The position numbers and the translations under genes are program-made. A model generated the notes under the pieces. The model did not search any database. It saw only the letters and a program-made list of their open reading frames with translations, and had not been told where the DNA came from. DNA of 64,000 bases from the IMG/VR virus record IMGVR_UViG_3300032167_000028; one strand, given 5' to 3'. The DNA comes from a virus. Its lineage: Duplodnaviria; Heunggongvirae; Uroviricota; Caudoviricetes. This document shows, piece by piece, positions 29,502 through 36,898 of this stretch (position 1 is its first letter; the number at the start of each line of letters is the position of its first letter).

Positions 29502-29897
29502 TTATTCATCATCCTTGAACATGTTTCGCATGGTTTCGTAAGTGTGCTCAAACTCCTTGAAGTCCTTCCACTCCGAATCATCGCAGTCGTAATAGTAACA
29601 ACCTGCACCGTATTCAAAGGCATCCTGCCAACCATGTTTGTCCCACGGAGAGCCATAACCAACGGTACGCAGAATTTCGTGCAAGGTCGCCGCCTCTTCT
29701 GCACTGTGCGTCTTGATGTAATAGAAGTCCTCATAAACGAGATTGTCCTCGTTCAGAAGTGGCATCGGTTCGCCGTAGCGGTCGAACAACTTGAATCCAA
29801 GATGTTCTTTGGGAATGGTGGAAACGGTTTCATACAGTTCGCAATCTTCCTCAGAATCGAACTCTTTGCCGTCATAAGCACGATAAACGATATCCAT
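29502..29897 (-). CDS. hypothetical protein (131 aa)
   Basis: AAAGGAG RBS; terminator hairpin AAGGATGAT-TATTC-ATCATCCTT at its 3' end. Confidence 0.6.
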   Translation of the reverse strand: MDIVYRAYDGKEFDSEEDCELYETVSTIPKEHLGFKLFDRYGEPMPLLNEDNLVYEDFYYIKTHSAEEAATLHEILRTVGYGSPWDKHGWQDAFEYGAGCYYYDCDDSEWKDFKEFEHTYETMRNMFKDDE

Positions 29898-29925
29898 ATT
29901 TTTCTCCTTTCATTTGTGGAAGGTT

Positions 29926-30087
29926 TTACCCTTCCACAATCTTCCATCCATCTTTGTCAAGGTTTTCCATTAGATTGGCGGCGAAGGTTACACATTCTTC
30001 ATCCGACCATCCAAGGTTGTTGCGAAGGTTGTCGCACGCCGCTTCAATCGCCGCGTTGAGTACGGTTGTCGTGATAGTCTTTTCCAT
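29926..30087 (-). CDS. hypothetical small protein (53 aa)
   Basis: AGGAG RBS; MEKTITTTVLNAAIEAACDNLRNNLGWSDEE... Confidence 0.5.
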   Translation of the reverse strand: MEKTITTTVLNAAIEAACDNLRNNLGWSDEECVTFAANLMENLDKDGWKIVEG

Positions 30088-30155
30088 GTTGTTCGCTCCT
30101 TTTCTTTTTGTGATTATATTCTATCATAAAAAAGAGAATTTGTCAACAAATACTA

Positions 30156-30174
30156 TTAGATGTTCAACATCTAA
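30156..30174. repeat. 19-bp palindrome (copy 6)
   Basis: exact; minus -35 TGTCAA 30141-30146. Confidence 0.95.
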
Positions 30175-30214
30175 AAATCTTTGAAAATAAAATAAAATAA
30201 TTTCAAAAAACCTA

Positions 30215-30243
30215 TTGACAAAAGTGGCAACATAGTATATACT
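30215..30243 (+). promoter_or_regulatory. sigma70-type promoter TTGACA-17-TATACT
   Basis: upstream of CDS 30292. Confidence 0.65.
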
Positions 30244-30291
30244 ATAATTGTTCCAAGGAACAAAACAAATAAAAGAAAAGAGGAAACAAAC

Positions 30292-30879
30292 ATGACTAAC
30301 AAGAACTTCATCAACCTGCGTTCCCACTATGTACCGGATGAAATCCGCGTCAATCCGTTGTTCAACAATGCTCAGGAGTGCTTTGATGCTATGATGCTGA
30401 GCATGGTTCAGAGATGGTATGACCGTTTGACTGACGATGCCCACAAGGCAATCAGGATTCTGAAGTTTAATCCTACTGTGGTGACTGGTATGATGTTCTT
30501 CACCGACGGTTCTATGGATGAAAAGCCGCAGTACTTCGGTAGCGACTATGAGGACATCGGCACCGAAATGAAGAACTTCGCCCTGTCTCTTGCCCAGAAT
30601 GATGAAGAATACGAGAAGTGTCAGACCCGTGGTTATGTCCGCTGGTATAGCCGCATGGCTCAGTCGATCCGCTGGTATCAGAAGGGTATCGAAGATATCG
30701 AAAAGACGCACGAACTGACGCTTTCCATTCTGCCGCACGAACTGAAAGAAAAGGTTATCGAACAGATTGTGTCTACCGATCCTGTCTGTCAGATGGCGGC
30801 ACGCAACTACTATGAAGCACTGGAAGATGGACGCAAGGACATGCTTCGCAATGCTTTGCAGAAGATGAGGGGTGTATAA
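30292..30879 (+). CDS. hypothetical protein (195 aa)
   Basis: ORF track; own promoter; terminator hairpin 30863-30885. Confidence 0.65.
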   Translation: MTNKNFINLRSHYVPDEIRVNPLFNNAQECFDAMMLSMVQRWYDRLTDDAHKAIRILKFNPTVVTGMMFFTDGSMDEKPQYFGSDYEDIGTEMKNFALSLAQNDEEYEKCQTRGYVRWYSRMAQSIRWYQKGIEDIEKTHELTLSILPHELKEKVIEQIVSTDPVCQMAARNYYEALEDGRKDMLRNALQKMRGV

Positions 30880-30901
30880 CCCCTCTTTCTTTTGCTGGAG
30901 G

Positions 30902-30920
30902 TTAGATGTTGAACATCTAA
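30902..30920. repeat. 19-bp palindrome (copy 7, G centre)
   Basis: exact; GCTGGAGG at 30893-30900 abuts it. Confidence 0.95.
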
Positions 30921-30943
30921 TAATTAGAAATGAAAAAGAGGTC

Positions 30944-31354
30944 TTAATAGACCTCAATGGAGTAGATATACTGTTCTTCTTCCTTGACGAAGGTGTTAAG
31001 CACCATGCCGGTGTCATCAACTTCAAGGAAACGACGAGTGACCCTCTTAGAATCACGACGCATTTCAGGCATGGTCGGCTTCTTCACGGTCGGATACTTG
31101 CGGCGGCTATCATGGGAAGCATAACCAAGTCCGGCGACGCTTGCCTTGATGCTGGTGCGTTCGGTTTCATCGTCAGTCATGAGAGCGGCAATCTGAGCGG
31201 CGGTTTTGTTGGGATGATTCACCATTACGCCGCGAAGCTGTTGCAGATATTCACGATGCTCGATTTCATCTCGGACGCGGAGATCATGCAACTGCATACG
31301 AAGAATGTCCATCTCGTGGTTAGCCTTCTTGCGATTCTGGAAGTGATTTGCCAT
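30944..31354 (-). CDS. hypothetical protein (136 aa)
   Basis: ORF track; promoter TTGACT-17-TATACT at 31399-31427 on minus. Confidence 0.6.
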   Translation of the reverse strand: MANHFQNRKKANHEMDILRMQLHDLRVRDEIEHREYLQQLRGVMVNHPNKTAAQIAALMTDDETERTSIKASVAGLGYASHDSRRKYPTVKKPTMPEMRRDSKRVTRRFLEVDDTGMVLNTFVKEEEQYIYSIEVY

Positions 31355-31436
31355 GTTTATTTACCTTCTTTCTTTTATTATCCCCTTGGGATGATTAGAG
31401 TATATCATAGTATAGAAAGAAAGTCAATACCTTTTA

Positions 31437-31455
31437 TTAGATGTTCAACATCTAA
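31437..31455. repeat. 19-bp palindrome (copy 8)
   Basis: exact. Confidence 0.95.
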
Positions 31456-31480
31456 AAGTTTCCAATAAAAAAGGGGAGGA

Positions 31481-32473
31481 TTACTCCTCACCCATAGGAA
31501 TGTCGATAATCGGAAGAGCACCAGAACCACCCATCATATAAGTCGGGAGAGTACCTTCCCAACGCTGGGCATATTCATAAGCGACGATTTCATCAGTAAT
31601 TGCGGCGGCCTGTGCGGCAATGGCTTCGGCTTCCTTCTGACCCTTATATGCGATTGCATCGGCCTCAAGCTGGGCGACTTCATAATCTGCCTGTGCCTTT
31701 ACCTTTGCGGCTTCGGCATCTGCGTCGGCGTTAATCTTACGAATAGCCGCGTCATTTTCTGCCTGAATCTTGGTACGCTCGGCAAGCTGACGGGAACGCT
31801 CGGTTTCCATTGCCTGCTGGGTCTTATCGCGAAGGGCTTCCTGCTCTGCAACCTGCTTGGCTTCGATGGCATTGGTGTATGCATCGGTGAAGTCAAAGTC
31901 ATCAAGGAACACCATTGCTTCAATGCCATAGTTCTGGGCATACGCAGAAACATGCTCATTGATTTCAGACTGAATCAGAGTACGAGTTTCGGTCATGTCT
32001 TCGGCTTCACGCAGACCAAACGCGGCCTTAACAGAGTTATTTACCTGCGGCTTGATAAGGATATTAAAGTAATCTACGCCGACAGTCTTGTAAATATTCG
32101 GTGCGGCAGAGGGAAGCAGATTATACTTTACAGTATAAGTATAAGTCACTTCCTGAAGATCCTTACTGAAAGAGACATTAGATTCAGTAAAGGTCTGTTC
32201 CTTATTGGTCATGGTAACAATCGTCTGCCACGGCTTGTGGAAATTCAGACCATTACCAAGTGAAACATCTTCGACCCTACCGAACGTAGAAAGGATGCCC
32301 GTATGGCCGGTTGGAACGGTAGAAGTGCAAGCAAGGAACATGGTAATGCCTGCAACAACGAGACATGCAACCATTACGATAGTACCAAGACCCTTGGCCT
32401 TCATCTTACGCAGAATCATCATGGCACACAGACCGCCGACAAGAAGGATAACGGAAAAGATAATTGCGAACAT
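31481..32473 (-). CDS. SPFH / band-7 (prohibitin-like) domain membrane protein
   Basis: N-terminal TM helices, TGHTGILSTFGRVEDVSLGNGLNFHKPW SPFH core, Ala/Glu/Gln-rich coiled-coil tail. Confidence 0.7.
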   Translation of the reverse strand: MFAIIFSVILLVGGLCAMMILRKMKAKGLGTIVMVACLVVAGITMFLACTSTVPTGHTGILSTFGRVEDVSLGNGLNFHKPWQTIVTMTNKEQTFTESNVSFSKDLQEVTYTYTVKYNLLPSAAPNIYKTVGVDYFNILIKPQVNNSVKAAFGLREAEDMTETRTLIQSEINEHVSAYAQNYGIEAMVFLDDFDFTDAYTNAIEAKQVAEQEALRDKTQQAMETERSRQLAERTKIQAENDAAIRKINADADAEAAKVKAQADYEVAQLEADAIAYKGQKEAEAIAAQAAAITDEIVAYEYAQRWEGTLPTYMMGGSGALPIIDIPMGEE

Positions 32474-32520
32474 TGGGATATTCTCCTTTTCTTTTTGTTC
32501 TGTTCTCTTGGAACGATATT

Positions 32521-32549
32521 AGTATAGCATAGGAATATGAAATTGTCAA
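32521..32549 (-). promoter_or_regulatory. sigma70-type promoter TTGACA-17-TATACT (minus strand)
   Basis: plus-strand AGTATA 32521-32526 and TGTCAA 32544-32549; AAGGAG RBS before SPFH gene. Confidence 0.7.
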
Positions 32550-32558
32550 TAATAATTA

Positions 32559-32577
32559 TTAGATGTTAAACATCTAA
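32559..32577. repeat. 19-bp palindrome variant TTAGATGTTAAACATCTAA (copy 9, A centre)
   Basis: one-base variant. Confidence 0.9.
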
Positions 32578-32598
32578 TATTTCAAAGGAAAGGAAGAT

Positions 32599-33030
32599 TT
32601 AATCTTCCAGTCCGATGATGCTCATATAGTCGCAGTCCTGACCATGAACCGCACGACAGTGAGCGATGGCCTGACCGATGATAGGATCATAACGATCTTC
32701 ATCCACGTTCAGACGGGCAGTGCCCACATGCTTCTTAAGCTTGCCCCAAGTGTTAGGGATATAACCCACACAAGTGGTAATGTAGTTGGAGTGCATGTAG
32801 CGGATGTCCTGCATATGCGGACGCTCATGAATCTTCTCAACATACTTAGCACAAGCGTCGTGCCAAGCGTCGGCAACATCCTGACGATACTTCTTAAGGA
32901 CAACGCTTCCATTGTCAAGGAAGATTTCAAGCGGCTCGCCTTCCTTGATCTTCATAACCTTGCGGATTTCCTTCGGAATAACCACACGACCGAGTTCATC
33001 AATGCGACGCACGATACCAGTACACTTCAT
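32599..33030 (-). CDS. AbrB/SpoVT-family DNA-binding regulator (N-terminal swapped-hairpin domain) with C-terminal extension
   Basis: MKCTGIVRRIDELGRVVIPKEIRKVMKIKEGEPLEIFLDNGSVVLKK. Confidence 0.7.
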   Translation of the reverse strand: MKCTGIVRRIDELGRVVIPKEIRKVMKIKEGEPLEIFLDNGSVVLKKYRQDVADAWHDACAKYVEKIHERPHMQDIRYMHSNYITTCVGYIPNTWGKLKKHVGTARLNVDEDRYDPIIGQAIAHCRAVHGQDCDYMSIIGLED

Positions 33031-33046
33031 AATTCATTTTCCTTTC

Positions 33047-33205
33047 TTACTTCTTCTTATAGGCAGTATAGGGACAGGTAGGACAGGAACAGGAATAGCC
33101 CTTCTTGGTGTTACTCCAACTCGGATAACTTGCAAGGAAGGTTGTGCCGCACTTGTAGCACTTAAATTCGATTACCTTAGGTGCGCCCGTAACTACGATA
33201 GACAT
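33047..33205 (-). CDS. small zinc-ribbon protein (52 aa)
   Basis: MSIVVTGAPKVIEFKCYKCGTTF...CSCPTCPY; 2x CxxC; AAGGAAAA RBS. Confidence 0.5.
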   Translation of the reverse strand: MSIVVTGAPKVIEFKCYKCGTTFLASYPSWSNTKKGYSCSCPTCPYTAYKKK

Positions 33206-33253
33206 GATACATTTTCCTTTCTGTTAGTTGTTGTGTTCCTTACTGACAAACAT

Positions 33254-33282
33254 AGTATAGCATAATGCTGGAGGTTTGTCAA
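33254..33282 (-). promoter_or_regulatory. sigma70-type promoter TTGACA-17-TATACT with GCTGGAGG/CCTCCAGC inside the spacer
   Basis: plus-strand AGTATA 33254-33259, GCTGGAGG 33267-33274, TGTCAA 33277-33282. Confidence 0.65.
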
Positions 33283-33291
33283 TTCTTTTTA

Positions 33292-33310
33292 TTAGATGTA
33301 TTACATCTAA
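33292..33310. repeat. palindrome variant TTAGATG-TATTA-CATCTAA (copy 10)
   Basis: arms conserved, centre changed; overlaps the 3' end of the tRNA-like element. Confidence 0.85.
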
Positions 33311-33378
33311 TATTGTGAGGGTGTGGAAGGATTTGAACCTTCCATTTAACTTCGCCCCTTAGGCAGGGCTACTATAAC
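33305..33378 (-). tRNA. degenerate tRNA-like element with canonical T-arm; anticodon region contains CUA (possible amber-suppressor tRNA or pseudo-tRNA)
   Basis: minus strand GGGTGAGCAGGTTATAGTAGCCCTGCCTAAGGGGCGAAGTTAAATGGAAGGTTCAAATCCTTCCACACCCTCA: acceptor 6/7 bp, GGAAGG-TTCAAAT-CCTTCC T-arm; D and anticodon arms do not fold into a regular 5-bp/7-nt cloverleaf by hand. Confidence 0.4.
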
Positions 33379-33380
33379 CT

Positions 33381-33456
33381 GCTCACCCATATGGTGCCCG
33401 TGGAGGGGATCGAACCCTCGACACCCAGATTAAAAGTCTGGTGCTCTACCGACTGA
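33381..33456 (-). tRNA. tRNA-Lys (anticodon UUU)
   Basis: minus strand GCTCGTGTAGCTCAGTCGGTAGAGCACCAGACTTTTAATCTGGGTGTCGAGGGTTCGATCCCCTCCACGGGCACCA; anticodon stem CCAGA/TCTGG, loop CTTTTAA; CCA encoded. Confidence 0.9.
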
Positions 33457-33648
33457 GCTACACGAGCAAGGAAACGGGGTCTGGCTATGCCACGTACCCC
33501 GACGTGACCGGGCGGTTGCTGTTCCTGCCCTGATGACGATTAGACTTTAACCGGCCTTCGCCGTGTTGCAACCTTCTCTCATGCAGTTCCTTTCGCGGCC
33601 AAGGTGCGCACCGTCTTGCCGCATGGTGCCGAACTCTACCCTATATAC
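33457..33648 (-). ncRNA. GC-rich structured spacer between tRNAs (unassigned RNA element)
   Basis: about 58% GC in an AT-rich context; hairpins CGGGGT-N14-ACCCCG (33472-33500); remnant tRNA 3' end TGGTGCCGAAC at 33613; no convincing ORF. Confidence 0.35.
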
Positions 33649-33732
33649 ATAAGAGAATTTGGTGCCGATGGTGGGATTTGAACCCACACGCTTTAGGCCG
33701 CAGATTTTGAGTCTGCTGTGTCTGCCGTTCCA
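33649..33732 (-). tRNA. tRNA-Leu (anticodon CAA), type II with long variable arm
   Basis: minus strand GCCGGTG...GCAGA-CTCAAAA-TCTGC...GTGGGTTCAAATCCCACCATCGGCACCA. Confidence 0.85.
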
Positions 33733-33918
33733 CCACACCGGCGTAGTCTGGGATCGTTGCCCAGTGCGGATCTCAGGAGTATTTCGGGACGCGTCCTGAG
33801 TTGGCTAAGCGCGTAGTAGCGAATTAACAACTGCTACCCCATCGGTAAGCGTTGAGAGTTTCAAAGGTCTTAGGAAATTCATCCGACTAGGCTTTTCCTC
33901 TCTCAACCTTACATACTT

Positions 33919-34041
33919 ATTATACATCAGATTTTGAGATTTGTCAATAGTTTTTTTGAAATTCTTTTTTCTTTTTTCAACTGTTGTTTTCATCTCTCAA
34001 CCTTGTAAATATAGTATACACTAAATTTTTGAAATTGTCAA
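33919..34041 (-). promoter_or_regulatory. two tandem duplicated sigma70-type promoters (TTGACA-17-TATAAT and TTGACA-17-TATACT), each followed by AAGGTTGAGAGA, driving the tRNA island
   Basis: plus-strand ATTATA 33919-33924 / TGTCAA 33942-33947 and AGTATA 34013-34018 / TGTCAA 34036-34041; TCTCTCAACCTT at 33899-33910 and 33994-34005. Confidence 0.65.
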
Positions 34042-34050
34042 TATTTAATT

Positions 34051-34069
34051 TTAGATGTTCAACATCTAA
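34051..34069. repeat. 19-bp palindrome (copy 11)
   Basis: exact. Confidence 0.95.
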
Positions 34070-34087
34070 TATCAAAAGGAAGGTGCT

Positions 34088-34588
34088 TTACAGCACCAAT
34101 CCTTCAATCGCTCGGTGAAAACTGCGGCTTGCGTCAATAGTTTTGAAATTACATTTGATATTGTCGCCAAACTTACGCCATGCCGAACGGACTTCCTTAT
34201 TGTCATCGACCAAATAAGAAACATCATACGGACAATAGTTGTTGTGCATGTCCCACATAAACTGTCCCTTGTCACATCCATAGGGGATGCAAGCAAACTT
34301 ACCATCAGCAAGAGCAGGGAAGAAGCGGCAAAGCCAAGCGAATTTTGTCTCGGTAATGGCGTCCAGTTCCTCACCCCAATCAATGCCCTTGCTTGCCCAA
34401 GTGATAACGCCTACTTGCCAACCATTTTCGATCAGTGCTTCGATGGCGGCGTTGATGCGTTCAAAGTGGGCACGCGGCAAGCATTTGTCATAGACGCTCC
34501 AATCATTAGAGCGGAGAGCAGGCAACCAATCCTTGACCTTATACAGTTCCGCGATAGTGCCATCCATGTCAAACCAAATGCTGTTCAT
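34088..34588 (-). CDS. HAD-superfamily 5'(3')-deoxyribonucleotidase-like phosphatase
   Basis: MNSIWFDMDGTIAELY (DxDGT motif I), 166 aa. Confidence 0.65.
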   Translation of the reverse strand: MNSIWFDMDGTIAELYKVKDWLPALRSNDWSVYDKCLPRAHFERINAAIEALIENGWQVGVITWASKGIDWGEELDAITETKFAWLCRFFPALADGKFACIPYGCDKGQFMWDMHNNYCPYDVSYLVDDNKEVRSAWRKFGDNIKCNFKTIDASRSFHRAIEGLVL

Positions 34589-34691
34589 TGTGTAACCTTC
34601 TTTCTTTGTTTTTGTAATTAGATTATAGCATACCTTTGTACCGTTGTCAATACTGTTTTTAATATTTCTTGCGTTATTTGCTGGAGGAGAA

Positions 34692-34710
34692 CTAGATGTT
34701 CAACATCTAA
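34692..34710. repeat. palindrome copy 12 (CTAGATGTTCAACATCTAA, first base changed)
   Basis: GCTGGAGG at 34679-34686 just upstream. Confidence 0.9.
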
Positions 34711-34729
34711 AACAGAAAGAAGGGGATGA

Positions 34730-34969
34730 TTAAATCATCCCTGTACGATGGTATGCGGACTGCTGGCGACCTTGTATATACTCTTCCGCACTGATAGCAA
34801 TGCAACTCATAACGCCGCGGCTATGCTTCACGCCCGGCATACGCCTTGCGATATTCGACGCGTGAAGGGCATTCTTTGCCGCAATGTAAAAAGTGATAGA
34901 GGACGAGCGACCGCGTCCCTGATGGGCACGATGAGTAGTAACGCGATAGTATTTCTGTCCAAGTTCCAT
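34730..34969 (-). CDS. hypothetical protein (79 aa)
   Basis: internal ATG 34967-34969 with AGGAG RBS; MELGQKYYRVTTHRAHQGRGR... Confidence 0.5.
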   Translation of the reverse strand: MELGQKYYRVTTHRAHQGRGRSSSITFYIAAKNALHASNIARRMPGVKHSRGVMSCIAISAEEYIQGRQQSAYHRTGMI

Positions 34970-35038
34970 TGTTTTTGCTCCTTTCGTTCTTTGTGAATAC
35001 ATTATAGCATAGATTTTTTTATTTGTCAACAATTGATT

Positions 35039-35057
35039 TTAGATGTTGAACATCTAA
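35039..35057. repeat. 19-bp palindrome (copy 13, G centre)
   Basis: exact; minus promoter TGTCAA 35024-35029 / ATTATA 35001-35006. Confidence 0.95.
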
Positions 35058-35081
35058 TTCTTGTGCGAAAAAGATGGGATG

Positions 35082-36086
35082 TTATACATCCCATGTTGTA
35101 TACATAAACTGTTCCAGTTCGTCAATCTTGCGGAGAATCTGCTTTTGATAGTTACTACATTCTTCATACTCGATGTTATCCGGCAGATAATCTTTCATCT
35201 GATTAAGAACCATGTTTGCCATTTCCCAAGTAACGCCGCGTCCTTTCATTACGAATTCAACGGTATCACCAAGCATCTTATATGGAAAGAAGACGATGCC
35301 TTGAATCAGTTTGCCACGCTTGAGAGAAGCGAACAAAAGTTCGGTTTCGATTTCAGCATCACTCAATGCGGTATGATCTTCGATGAAGTCAAACTTCTTA
35401 GAAAAGAATTGCATTGCACTTTCCGCACTAGTCGAAAAGTAAATGCCTGTATTGCTGACACGCTTGTTTTCGAGACAAGACTTTTTGTATGCCGCACAAT
35501 TCAAAATGTACGTACAAGCCAGACCCCAAATATCAATCATCGGATAAGATACGCCGCGAAGAATGAAGTTGTCCTTGTCAAAGTTATGGGATTCACGCTT
35601 TGACTTTGTGCGGAGAATTTTTGCACACGCTTCCTTTTGCTGTTCTTCCCATTCGTAGTAAGAGGGGGAGTAGAGACGCTTGATATACTGTTCCGTAAAG
35701 ATGATTGCTTTCTTGAAGTCAAACATTGCGTTATACGCACAAATCCAAGAACACTTGCTCAAGTCCTGAATCAGGATTTCCATAATAGTATTCCATGGCA
35801 AGATTTCGATTTCTCCACGCTCAAGCATTCCAAGATAGAGAGGACGCTTTTCGTGATAGTAAGCGGTATTGAAGATAGCAGGAACAGCGAACGTCTCAGC
35901 AACAAGATAGCTCCTACGCTCAATGATACCATGAGAACGGGTAGCAATAGTCCATCCGATATCATAAACAAGCGGCTTTGCAATAGCAATCTTCTTCTTA
36001 TCATCAGAAGACAGATTCCATTCGTTCACAAAAGGAAGGGTGCAGGTCTCAGTATCGAGAATCATGTAATAAATGGGCTTGCTCAT
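35082..36086 (-). CDS. DnaQ-like (DEDD) exonuclease domain protein, second paralog
   Basis: MSKPIYYMILDTETCTL...VYDIGWTIA; 334 aa. Confidence 0.65.
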   Translation of the reverse strand: MSKPIYYMILDTETCTLPFVNEWNLSSDDKKKIAIAKPLVYDIGWTIATRSHGIIERRSYLVAETFAVPAIFNTAYYHEKRPLYLGMLERGEIEILPWNTIMEILIQDLSKCSWICAYNAMFDFKKAIIFTEQYIKRLYSPSYYEWEEQQKEACAKILRTKSKRESHNFDKDNFILRGVSYPMIDIWGLACTYILNCAAYKKSCLENKRVSNTGIYFSTSAESAMQFFSKKFDFIEDHTALSDAEIETELLFASLKRGKLIQGIVFFPYKMLGDTVEFVMKGRGVTWEMANMVLNQMKDYLPDNIEYEECSNYQKQILRKIDELEQFMYTTWDV

Positions 36087-36118
36087 GGTGATTACCTTCT
36101 TTCTTAATTTCTAATAAG

Positions 36119-36147
36119 ATTATACCATAGGCAACACCATTTGTCAA
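36119..36147 (-). promoter_or_regulatory. sigma70-type promoter TTGACA-17-TATAAT (minus)
   Basis: plus ATTATA 36119-36124, TGTCAA 36142-36147; followed upstream by an A-tract, GCTGGAGG (36166-36173) and the palindrome. Confidence 0.7.
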
Positions 36148-36177
36148 CAACAATTTTTTATATTTGCTGGAGGGGAA

Positions 36178-36196
36178 TTAGATGTTGAACATCTAA
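36178..36196. repeat. 19-bp palindrome (copy 14, G centre)
   Basis: exact. Confidence 0.95.
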
Positions 36197-36219
36197 ATTT
36201 CCCAAAGGGGAAAGGGCGA

Positions 36220-36717
36220 TTACTCGCCCTTGTAGAAGTAGTAGTTCTTGCCCTTTTCGGTACGCTTGTCAAGCACGCCAGCGGTGAACAGTTCCTTGGC
36301 ATCAGAACCGACCGTCATGATGACGCACTCACCGTAGACCTCCGGCATCGCTTCCTTGATCTCGGTACAGGTATGCTCGCCGGGGTTGTCCTTCATCCAC
36401 TCGGTCAGAGCCGCCTTGCGTGCTTCCTTCGCCGCCTGCTTGGCAGGGTCAGCACCAGAGGACTTCTTGGGGGTAGCCGCCTTTTCCGCCTGCTTAGCGG
36501 AAAACTCGGCGTACTCAGCGACAGCGGCATCGAAATCAAATGCCTTGTTGACCTTGGTATCCTTGGCAAGCAGGGCGGATACCTTAACCGCGTAGTAGGT
36601 CTGAACGCCGTCAACCACATCGCCCGGAACAGCGAGGAAATTGGAGTTAGAGCGGCGGCACATGGTAGCACCAGTGCAAGCGGTAGAGATGGTGTCGATC
36701 AGGTTCTGCATAGTCAT
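36220..36717 (-). CDS. paralog-family protein A3
   Basis: 165 aa; KAFDFDAAV ... KA-rich ... ; ~58% GC. Confidence 0.7.
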   Translation of the reverse strand: MTMQNLIDTISTACTGATMCRRSNSNFLAVPGDVVDGVQTYYAVKVSALLAKDTKVNKAFDFDAAVAEYAEFSAKQAEKAATPKKSSGADPAKQAAKEARKAALTEWMKDNPGEHTCTEIKEAMPEVYGECVIMTVGSDAKELFTAGVLDKRTEKGKNYYFYKGE

Positions 36718-36857
36718 AGGTTTCCTCTCTTTCTGCCCTTATCAGGGCGGTCGAAGTATTTTTGTCTTACTCCCTTGGAGTGATTATAGTATACCAAATC
36801 TTTTAGAATTTGTCAACACTTATTTTAATATTTCTTTTGTTATTTGAGGAAAGAATA

Positions 36858-36876
36858 TTAGATGTTCAACATCTAA
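36858..36876. repeat. 19-bp palindrome (copy 15)
   Basis: exact; minus promoter AGTATA 36788-36793 / TGTCAA 36811-36816. Confidence 0.95.
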
Positions 36877-36898
36877 TAATGAGAAAAGAAAACAAGGG

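Noticed and set aside
33649-33732. tRNA-Leu as the amber suppressor
   Set aside because: Its anticodon loop reads CTCAAAA (anticodon CAA, decoding UUG), not CUA. It is noted only as a one-mutation-away relative of supP-type suppressors.
33547-33738. 63-aa minus-strand ORF spanning the tRNA spacer, and 62-aa ORF 33805..33993
   Set aside because: They overlap tRNA-Leu and the promoter/leader. They have no RBS and biased Arg/Gly composition typical of GC-rich non-coding DNA.
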